Shown here: positions 29,617-37,853 of the stretch, piece after piece
Layout: the number at the start of each line of letters is the position of its first letter
How positions within the stretch are numbered: the stretch's first letter is position 1
Assembly (NCBI GenBank): GCA_964509195.1
Contig: CAZDWJ010000008.1
Span: 61,190 to 125,189, forward strand
Direction of reading: 5' to 3'
DNA: 64,000 nucleotides
Source of the DNA: an uncultured Leptospira sp.
GTDB taxonomy: Bacteria > Spirochaetota > UBA4802 > UB4802
The notes under the pieces: generated by a model
The model's database searches: none
Told to the model about the DNA's origin: nothing
Seen by the model: the letters and a program-made list of their open reading frames with translations, nothing else
Translations under genes and position numbers: made by a program

Positions 29617-30811
29617 GTTTGCGTTCTAATGCTGATTTTTTCTTGTAAAAGTTAACAGTCTTTTCAAGCTCTTCTAAATTGGTACAGATGAGCTTGCCTT
29701 CATCCAATGTAATATTTTTGTCCTCAAGAAGTTCCACCACAAGATGATCCCCCTTATCCTGTGGGATTCCAACCATGTTAAGAAGCTCTTTGACTCCAAA
29801 ATCAAAGGTAAAACTTTCCTTGGGTGCAATCTTTACCTTTTGTTTTTCAACCTGAATGAGCAGTGTGTCATACATTCTGCCCAGCGGGTCGCGTATCATT
29901 AAGTTTTCAAGCTGGCGGTATGCTGTCCAAATTCGTTCACTTAAAAGCTGTATAAGCCGTGTTGCAAGCTGTGGTTGCGTCTGAACCATTGTTTCAAAAT
30001 TTTGTCTGTTGATTGCCATAAGTGTGGTATCACCAAACGTGATTGCAGAAGCGCTTCGGGGTCTGTTTTCAAGCAATGCCATTTCGCCAAAGATGTCACC
30101 TGGTTTTAATACCGCAAGCAGCACTTCTTCATCAACAATTTTGGTAATCTTAACCTTACCGCCCTGAATGATGTACAGTTCATCGCCTGGCTCATTTTCA
30201 CAGAATATCATCTGGTTGTCTTTATACACACGTGTGAGACTACTTTTCTGAGGATTTTCCGGGACTTTTAGCGGGGCATTGATTGATTTCAGATGAGCTA
30301 TCGCCTTATCCCTATTTACTCCATTTGGGCAGTGCTGTATATAGCGTTGCAATGCATATGCCGCATGGGGCAGGTTTTTCTTTTTAAGGTAGTATTCGCC
30401 AATTTTAAAAAGGTGTTCGGGATCCTCTTCAACTGCATTGGCAAAGGTAAGGCGGGTGATTGCCTGGTCAAACTCTCTGAGTTTGCGGGAAAAGAATCGA
30501 ATAATCTTCATGGCAACCGCAGGATTTTTCTGAATGAGAATACCAAACTGGTCTCGCTGCACTGAGATAAGCGAAACATCGGTTAATGCGACAGCACTTT
30601 CAATGTGGGCATGGCCACTCATGCAGGGAATAACACCAAAAAAATCACCAGGCCCAAGCAGGGGATTTGTTTCCTGTGCTATTGGATTTTCTTTCACAAG
30701 CTTAACTTTTCCCTGGCGTATGATATAAAAATTATCAGCGTTGCGCTTGCCTTCAACAACAACGAACGAATTTGCTAGATAGTTGACAACTTTAAACTGT
30801 TCCTGTGCCAT
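29594..30811 (-). CDS. tandem cyclic-nucleotide-binding domain protein
   Basis: 405 aa. It has two cNMP-binding cassettes (GPGDFFGV...; KPGDIFGEMALLENRPRSASA). A 23-nt overlap with the AsmA start suggests co-transcription. Confidence 0.8.
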   Translation of the reverse strand: MAQEQFKVVNYLANSFVVVEGKRNADNFYIIRQGKVKLVKENPIAQETNPLLGPGDFFGVIPCMSGHAHIESAVALTDVSLISVQRDQFGILIQKNPAVAMKIIRFFSRKLREFDQAITRLTFANAVEEDPEHLFKIGEYYLKKKNLPHAAYALQRYIQHCPNGVNRDKAIAHLKSINAPLKVPENPQKSSLTRVYKDNQMIFCENEPGDELYIIQGGKVKITKIVDEEVLLAVLKPGDIFGEMALLENRPRSASAITFGDTTLMAINRQNFETMVQTQPQLATRLIQLLSERIWTAYRQLENLMIRDPLGRMYDTLLIQVEKQKVKIAPKESFTFDFGVKELLNMVGIPQDKGDHLVVELLEDKNITLDEGKLICTNLEELEKTVNFYKKKSALERKREASKSS

Positions 30812-31031
30812 GCAGTGCCGTTACCATTTAAAATTACTGTCTTTGCTCAAAGGATAGTGTATTCACAATAAAAGTAAACAAAAAAATGAGTTTTAGCAAT
30901 AATACTATATACTAATTATTCCTAAACGCTTAATTATAACTAAAAAAGAAATTGATGCACACATCCTTATACATTAAAAATCGGTATTATAGACTATAAT
31001 ATCAAGAAAATTTAGATACATAAAAGGGTAT

Positions 31032-31382
31032 CTATGCTTTGAGGTTGGTAAGATTCTGTATTTTCAGGCGTTTGATCTGATTGAAAATATTTGAGTCCGA
31101 TGGCTCATAGTAGGATGCTTTTTGGTATGAAGCGATAGCTGCTTTTGTGTTCTGCAAAGTTTCATACACCTGACCGCGGTGAGAATAAAACTCCTTCTGG
31201 CGTATGCGTACTTTCTGTAACGAGAGATCCGGTTGCTCGCCAATTGGTGGTACTGGAAGCTCTTTTTTAAAGCGCTTCATAGGAGCAAGTATGTCATTTG
31301 TGGCATCTGCATACACAGAATCGCGTTTCTTGAGCTGTAGGATAACAGGTATTGGTGAAACGTTTTTAATTGGTTCAATCAT
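31032..31382 (-). CDS. hypothetical protein (single TPR-like C-terminal motif)
   Basis: 116-aa ORF with a TTGACT-17-ATATAT promoter-like sequence upstream on the minus strand. No recognisable family. Confidence 0.4.
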   Translation of the reverse strand: MIEPIKNVSPIPVILQLKKRDSVYADATNDILAPMKRFKKELPVPPIGEQPDLSLQKVRIRQKEFYSHRGQVYETLQNTKAAIASYQKASYYEPSDSNIFNQIKRLKIQNLTNLKA

Positions 31383-31569
31383 AGTACTATTATTCCTATC
31401 TTACTATAAATATATATGGAATCCTTGTGGGAAGTCAACAAAAAAAAAGCTGGCTAACACTGCGATGTAGTTATTAAAACATCAAAATCCGCTTTCCTGA
31501 TTTTGCGGGAAGGGGATGGAAGTGGGGATACACTATAGTACTTATTTTCAACAGAGAAAAATTAAATAC

Positions 31570-33240
31570 CTAATCCGAAGTAAGATATTTTTCCAGATAC
31601 TCATTCAGGTCGTTGATGTTTTTTCGTATCATGGATTTAAATTCCGGAGGTATGTTCTGCTGCATTACCACTCTATAGTAATTCAGGGCATCACGCACTT
31701 TTCGCTTTTTTATAAGGTCATCTGCTTTCTGTAATAACGGTCTGTATTTATAAAAGGCATATTCCAGGATATTTTTTTCTCTTGAAAGGCTGAATTCATC
31801 CGGGAGTTTTTTAAAGTCATAAGTTACTTTTAATATTGGCAAATCCTTTTTCTTTCGTCTGTCATGCTGCAAAAACTTTTCATAAAATTTGCGGTCTTCT
31901 TCCAGTTTGCGAAGTGTTTCCGGGTCTGAAGTATCATATTCAACTTCTTCAGATTTTCTGTAGTCACCTAATATTTCAATTTCGTCCTGTTTTTTACGTT
32001 TATCCTCTTCAAGTATCTTTTTGAAGATATCTTCATCGCTGACTTCATCCAGCTCACTTTTTTTCTCATCTTTTATGATGTCGCTGATAAGTTCCCAGTC
32101 CTCTTCTTCTTTTTGTTTTTCAGTTTTTTCCACAATTTCTGATGATTGTGTTGTTTCACCCGGCTTGACTTTATCACCATACAGCTTTTTCAGAATATCT
32201 TTTGCAATATCCCCGTGAATTTTGTCTTTGTCTATGGGTTGTGGTTTTGGAGCGGTTATAGTTGGCAGCTTTTCCAGGATTTTTAGTATAGGCTCCGGGT
32301 CAATTTCAATTGGCAATTTGCCCTCATATTTTACTGTGGAAACAGCAGGCTGAGCGCCTGATTCAAGAAGCTTAGAGTGTACTTCCTTTAAACGTTCTAG
32401 TTCATTCCTGGTTTTTTCTTTTTCTTCATATAGTTTAAACATTCTGTCGGTAAGGTCATTTAGCTGATTTTGCAACTTCTGCATTTCGGATGATTCTTCT
32501 TTGCCGGCTAATCCCTTTAACTGGTTTGATAATTCTTTTTTTAATTCCTCTAAGCGTGATGCTAAGCTACTGATTTCATCTTTGTATTTATTGATTGCAG
32601 CTTCTTCCAGATTTTCTAATTTCTGCTTTTCCTGAATACGTCTGGTAATTTCATCAACTATCCTGTCAACATCCACAGGCTGAGGGTTAAATCCAATCTG
32701 TATTTTATCAGGAAGCTTTATGGGGCTGTCCAGTGAAATTTTGATTTCATTTGGCTTGCTTCTAGATTCAGTTTTCATCTGATGTTGTTGAGTTTCTTGT
32801 TTTTGCTTGTATTTTTTAAGGTAATCAATATTAGCATTGATTTTTGCATTGGTTTCCGCATCTAAGATTCTATCATTTACGCCTTCGTATAGTGAAATAG
32901 CTGTGGTAAAATCGCCTTTTTTAGCATACACTTCCGCATTCATTAGTATCCGCATATATATCCTGAATCGTGAATGAGAAGGAATTATCTCTAAAGCAGA
33001 ATAAGGCAATTTAAAATCATCATCAATGAATGTTTCTTCATGAGGTGCATCAGTTGCTCTTCTCTTAGGTTTGCTTGCATCAGGATATTTCTCTTCAATT
33101 TCGAGGTCACTTGCGCGGCGGCGGAAAATTTTTTCTGGAGGCGCACTTTGGGCTGTCTCAGCTTTTGAATCATTACCTGTGATTGCCCACAGTAGTATTA
33201 TAATCACAACAATCAACAATGTAATAAGAATTGGTATCAT
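31570..33240 (-). CDS. membrane-anchored coiled-coil/TPR protein of unknown function
   Basis: 556 aa. It has an N-terminal TM helix (MIPILITLLIVVIIILLWAI), one TPR-like unit, and a long E/K-rich predicted coiled coil. Confidence 0.55.
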   Translation of the reverse strand: MIPILITLLIVVIIILLWAITGNDSKAETAQSAPPEKIFRRRASDLEIEEKYPDASKPKRRATDAPHEETFIDDDFKLPYSALEIIPSHSRFRIYMRILMNAEVYAKKGDFTTAISLYEGVNDRILDAETNAKINANIDYLKKYKQKQETQQHQMKTESRSKPNEIKISLDSPIKLPDKIQIGFNPQPVDVDRIVDEITRRIQEKQKLENLEEAAINKYKDEISSLASRLEELKKELSNQLKGLAGKEESSEMQKLQNQLNDLTDRMFKLYEEKEKTRNELERLKEVHSKLLESGAQPAVSTVKYEGKLPIEIDPEPILKILEKLPTITAPKPQPIDKDKIHGDIAKDILKKLYGDKVKPGETTQSSEIVEKTEKQKEEEDWELISDIIKDEKKSELDEVSDEDIFKKILEEDKRKKQDEIEILGDYRKSEEVEYDTSDPETLRKLEEDRKFYEKFLQHDRRKKKDLPILKVTYDFKKLPDEFSLSREKNILEYAFYKYRPLLQKADDLIKKRKVRDALNYYRVVMQQNIPPEFKSMIRKNINDLNEYLEKYLTSD

Positions 33241-33381
33241 AACAAACGCTAGTAATCAATCTCCGTATCAATTATATTTTATACACCACTGACATTCTAA
33301 AACTAGATAAAGAATTTGCACATGCTGTCATTGTAAACATTATTTAAGATGAGTTGTGCCATAAATGTCCTTTTTACCTTT

Positions 33382-33468
33382 TAACTATCGCTCATAATAA
33401 TTATAATATACAAATAATATATGCAATGCAATAGAATTATGAAAAAAATATTTTTTAAGCGATAGTTA
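33382..33468. repeat. inverted pair of the dispersed GCGATAG motif (11-bp arms, 65-bp AT-rich spacer)
   Basis: TAACTATCGCT (33382..33392) and AGCGATAGTTA (33458..33468) are exact reverse complements. A third variant copy, CTATCGT, at 33493..33499 overlaps the glgX stop. Confidence 0.85.
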
Positions 33469-33498
33469 CTGTTAAAAATACCTTCTATTACACTATCG

Positions 33499-35646
33499 TC
33501 ATACGTGAGCAGAAATCAAAACTACAGATGACATTTTTTTAGTTAAATAGCTTTCCTGGGAAGGGATTGACGTACCTTGTAGTATTATATCATCAGGTGT
33601 ATGCAGTGAGGTATCGACCACACGTAGCCATTGACTACCGTTAAATGGCTTTGGTAGTGAAAATGCGAGGTCATATTCAGATGCGTTGAATATCATATAT
33701 ATATCATTATCGGGAGTACCGTATTGAAGCTTAGCATATGCACCGTTAAGATGCAATGCAATAGAATGGCTGTAATATCCAAGATCAGGGGCATGGCAGT
33801 TAACACCGTGCCACACGCAATCAGGGTGTGTAAACCCTTGCTGGGCAGTGCCTGATAAAAAGTGCTTTTGCCGTAGTACTGGATGCATTTTGCGAAATTG
33901 AATCAAACACCGCACAAATCTATGTATATCATCAAATTGCTGCATCCTGTCCCAGTTTATCCAGGATATTTCGTTATCCTGGCAGTAGGCGTTGTTGTTA
34001 CCATTTTGAGTTCTACCCATCTCATCTCCTGCAAGCATCATGGGTACACCCTGAGACAAAAACAGTGTAGTAAAAAAATTTTTTATCTGCTGTCTTCTGA
34101 TTGTAAGTATTTCAGGCGGAGCATCATGACCTTCAACGCCGTAGTTACAACTCAAGTTATTGTTGTCCCCGTCTTGATTATTTTCACCATTAGCAAGATT
34201 GTGTTTTTCATTAAATGAAACTAAATCCAGCATAGTAAAGCCATCGTGGCAGGTGATAAAATTAATGCTGTGCAGTGGACTTCTGTTGGTTTTTTGGTAA
34301 ATATCAGGGCTGCCAATAATGCGCTGCATAAAGTTGACAACGGTATCATTATCGCCACGCCAGAAATGACGGACATCGTCACGGAATTTGCCATTCCATT
34401 CGGCCCACCGTCCGGGGAAATGGCCTATTAAGTACGCTCCGCCAGCATCCCAGGCTTCGGCAATAATTTTAGTGTTGCGCAAGATGGGGTCTTCGGATAT
34501 TTTTTCGATAAGTGGTGGATTTTGCAAAATATTTCCATCCTGATCCCTTCCAAGTATTGAAGCCAGATCAAATCTAAATCCATCAACATGCATATCAACA
34601 ACCCAGTAGCGCAAGCAGTCTAAGATAAAATCACGTACCAGTGGATTATTGCAGTTAACTGTGTTACCGCAGCCGGAAAAATTTTGATAAAATCGTTTGT
34701 TCTCTTTCAGCATGTAGTATATAGAATTATCAAAACCTTTAAAACTTATTGTGGGACCCAGATGGTCACCCTCAGCGGTATGATTGAATACAACGTCTAA
34801 AAACACCTCAATGCCAGCTTCATGAAAATCACGGATCATTTCCTTGAATTCATTAATCTGCTGACCCATTGTGCCACTTGATGAATATGTTGATTTTGGT
34901 GCAAAGAACGCAATGGTGCTGTAGCCCCAGTAGTTTTTGAGTCGCTCACCGGTAAACGGGTTCACATTAACATTTTCAAATTCATCAAATTCCTGAATGG
35001 GCATAAGTTCAACGGCAGTAATTCCCAATTCTTTCAAATAGGGTATCTTTTCGGTTAAGCCTTTAAAGGTACCTCTGTGCTTGACATTTGATGATGGATG
35101 ATAGGTAAACCCTTTTACATGAAGTTCGTAGATGATGGTATCTTCCATTGGAGTTTGAATGGGACGATCGTACCAATCAAATTCAGTGTCTACAACAATA
35201 CATTTGGGTGATTCTTTATAGTTTTTATCTGTAGAAAACGAAAGGTCCTCATCCGGGTGCCCCTTAATGTATCCACAGGCTTTGCTGAAATCCCATATAT
35301 GATTGCCACTGATAGCTTTAGCATAGGGGTCAAGCAACAGCTTATTTTTATTAAAACGATGCCCCTGATTAGGCTGATATGGTCCGTCAACTTTATAGCC
35401 ATAAAGCTGTCCTTCACGAATACCAGCAATCCAGATATGCCAGACATCACCTGTTTTATTGAGTTTGGGATCTAATTCAATTTCAATATATTCTTCAGTT
35501 TCTGATGAAGAAAATAGCAGGATTGAAACAGCTGTGGCATGACGGCTGAATAGCGCAAACCGTGCACCATGCCTGTCTAAATGAACACCTAATGGCAGGG
35601 GAGTCCCCGGCAACGTAACAAAATGATGTTGTTTAATGGGATGCAT
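33499..35646 (-). CDS. glgX: glycogen debranching enzyme (GH13)
   Basis: 715 aa. It has the GH13 catalytic regions VDGFRFDLAS, IAEAWD and FITCHDGFT, plus an N-terminal CBM48-like region. Confidence 0.9.
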   Translation of the reverse strand: MHPIKQHHFVTLPGTPLPLGVHLDRHGARFALFSRHATAVSILLFSSSETEEYIEIELDPKLNKTGDVWHIWIAGIREGQLYGYKVDGPYQPNQGHRFNKNKLLLDPYAKAISGNHIWDFSKACGYIKGHPDEDLSFSTDKNYKESPKCIVVDTEFDWYDRPIQTPMEDTIIYELHVKGFTYHPSSNVKHRGTFKGLTEKIPYLKELGITAVELMPIQEFDEFENVNVNPFTGERLKNYWGYSTIAFFAPKSTYSSSGTMGQQINEFKEMIRDFHEAGIEVFLDVVFNHTAEGDHLGPTISFKGFDNSIYYMLKENKRFYQNFSGCGNTVNCNNPLVRDFILDCLRYWVVDMHVDGFRFDLASILGRDQDGNILQNPPLIEKISEDPILRNTKIIAEAWDAGGAYLIGHFPGRWAEWNGKFRDDVRHFWRGDNDTVVNFMQRIIGSPDIYQKTNRSPLHSINFITCHDGFTMLDLVSFNEKHNLANGENNQDGDNNNLSCNYGVEGHDAPPEILTIRRQQIKNFFTTLFLSQGVPMMLAGDEMGRTQNGNNNAYCQDNEISWINWDRMQQFDDIHRFVRCLIQFRKMHPVLRQKHFLSGTAQQGFTHPDCVWHGVNCHAPDLGYYSHSIALHLNGAYAKLQYGTPDNDIYMIFNASEYDLAFSLPKPFNGSQWLRVVDTSLHTPDDIILQGTSIPSQESYLTKKMSSVVLISAHV

Positions 35647-36125
35647 GTTTAAATAAATATGATTAGCTTTGTTGTGTAAATAGTTACAGCATACAAATAT
35701 GGATGTATGCGCATAACAGTCAATGCAAATTTTTCTTAAACAGTGGTATGTTTATAGCTTATTGTGAAACAGTCCAATACCTTTGGAAAACAAAGATATA
35801 AAAATGCTATAGTAATGGAAGCTAAAAGTGGGGATAAAATGCGCAATGTAAACCATAGCGGTAAAAAAAAGATCAATGTATTTTAAGTTGGTTTATGCTC
35901 TGCAATATTAAAAAATGATATATGGTGTTTCAGTAAAGTGTTAGTTAATACGTTAGATTTAAGGGAACTTGAGTAAATGCATTTATAAAGAAGTACTCAT
36001 GTCATCCACCAATACACTGTGAAGATATTGCTTTAAAAAAAATTTAAAAAAATTCATTGACAAATCTAGTATATATAATAACATCAGACCATATGATAAT
36101 CTGATTTTTTTTGTGGACAAAAACC

Positions 36126-37121
36126 ATGATTAAAATTGCTGAATTGCTTCCCCCGCGCCCTTCTGCATTGTGGACCATGGTAAAGCAATGTGGAATAGAG
36201 TATGTTGTTGGCGGTATGCAGCATTACGCTGGCTGGGAAAATATGCCAAAGGACTTCTGGCCATGGAGCTATAATTCACTGGTTCATATTAAGACCAATT
36301 ATGAAAACGGAGGATTTACGCTTGGAGTCATTGAATCCCGACCTCCAATGGAAAAAATAAAATTAGGCCTGCCGGGAAGGGATGAAGAAATTGAAAATGT
36401 CATAATGCTTATACAGAACATGGGGAAACTGGGCATTCCCGTATGGTGTTATGAATGGATGCCCGTGTTTGGTTGGACAAGGACTTCAACAACAACGCCC
36501 ATCCGCGGGGGTGCAATGGCTACCTCTTATGATCATGCACTAATGGAAAAGGCTCCAATGACTGAGTACGGAATTGTAACCGAAGAAACATTATGGAAAA
36601 ATCTACAGTATTTTCTAAACGCCGTTATCCCTGAAGCAGAAAAAGCAGGTGTAAAATTAGCCATGCATCCAGATGATCCACCCATTTCTCCTATTCGCGG
36701 TGTTGCGCGTATTATGCGCTCGGTTGAACATTTTCAAAAGTTACTGGATCTTTATCCAAGTGAGTTTAATGGCATTGCATTGTGTCAGGGTAATTTTGCA
36801 TTGATGACGGATGATCTTCCTGCTGTAATCAGAAAATTTGGAAAACAGGGTAAAATCTTTTTTGTCCATTTCAGGAATGTAAAGGGAACCGCACACAAAT
36901 TTACTGAAACATTTCATGACGATGGGATGATTGATATGTACGAATGCATGAAGGCATACTATGAGATTGGCTATGAGGGACTGATGCGTCCTGATCATGT
37001 TCCCACTATGGAAGGCGATAGCAATGATAATCCTGCCTATTCCTCAATTGGTAGGCTTTTTGCCATTGGGTACATAAAGGGCCTGGCGGAAGCAGTTGAA
37101 AAAAATCAATGCGGAAGGTGA
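36126..37121 (+). CDS. uxuA: mannonate dehydratase
   Basis: About 331 aa. It has MHPDDPP, FVHFRNVKG and MRPDHVPTMEGD, characteristic of the short UxuA form. The track start at 36111 is TTG. Confidence 0.85.
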   Translation: MIKIAELLPPRPSALWTMVKQCGIEYVVGGMQHYAGWENMPKDFWPWSYNSLVHIKTNYENGGFTLGVIESRPPMEKIKLGLPGRDEEIENVIMLIQNMGKLGIPVWCYEWMPVFGWTRTSTTTPIRGGAMATSYDHALMEKAPMTEYGIVTEETLWKNLQYFLNAVIPEAEKAGVKLAMHPDDPPISPIRGVARIMRSVEHFQKLLDLYPSEFNGIALCQGNFALMTDDLPAVIRKFGKQGKIFFVHFRNVKGTAHKFTETFHDDGMIDMYECMKAYYEIGYEGLMRPDHVPTMEGDSNDNPAYSSIGRLFAIGYIKGLAEAVEKNQCGR

Positions 37122-37128
37122 ATTAGAT

Positions 37129-37830
37129 ATGGATACCATACAACCAATTAAGCGTAATAAGCTCACTGAATCGATAGTGAATCTGGTATTGACAAATATT
37201 AAAAATGGCACTCTTCCTCCAGGAAGCAAATTGCCTCCCGAGCGGGAATTGATGAAAAAATTGCAGGTGGGGCGTTCCACATTGCGTGAAGCGGTACAGT
37301 CGCTTGCACTTATGGGTATACTGGATGTAAAACCGGGTGAAGGAACTTTTGTAAGAACTATAGCCAAAGAAGAAATTATTGGCCCTCATTTATTTGTTCC
37401 ATTGATTGATAACGAAAGTATGGCAGATTTTTTTGAAGCTCGCCTTTTAATTGAACCACGCATCGCTGCGCTGGCAAGCAAAAGAAGGAATGCAGAGGAT
37501 ATTAAAGCTATTGAAGATACATTGGTAAAGACAAAACAACATATCAATAGTGGGGAAGATGTGGATCGCTTTGCAGGTCAGTTCCACTTGCAGATTGCAA
37601 AGGCATCAAAAAATATTGTGTGTGTCCGCTTTATGGAAGCCATTCTTTCATTCCTGGTTGGGAAAAGAGAAAACGCTGAACGTAATAAAGCCTTTTTACA
37701 ATGGGAGTATGAATCACACGAAAGCATTTTTACAGCAATAAAAAAGGGAGATGAAACAAAAGCATATAAGGCTATGGAGCAACATATTCAGGCAGTTTCA
37801 CAGTGGTATAAAAAATTAGATGTTGTATGA
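37129..37830 (+). CDS. GntR family (FadR/FCD subfamily) transcriptional regulator
   Basis: It has an N-terminal winged helix-turn-helix, GSKLPPERELMKKLQVGRSTLREAVQSLALMGILDVKPGEGTFV, and an all-helical FCD-like C-terminus. The ATG at 37129 follows a GGAAGGTG SD. Confidence 0.85.
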   Translation: MDTIQPIKRNKLTESIVNLVLTNIKNGTLPPGSKLPPERELMKKLQVGRSTLREAVQSLALMGILDVKPGEGTFVRTIAKEEIIGPHLFVPLIDNESMADFFEARLLIEPRIAALASKRRNAEDIKAIEDTLVKTKQHINSGEDVDRFAGQFHLQIAKASKNIVCVRFMEAILSFLVGKRENAERNKAFLQWEYESHESIFTAIKKGDETKAYKAMEQHIQAVSQWYKKLDVV

Positions 37831-37853
37831 TTTTTCACTGATGGAGGTTTGCC

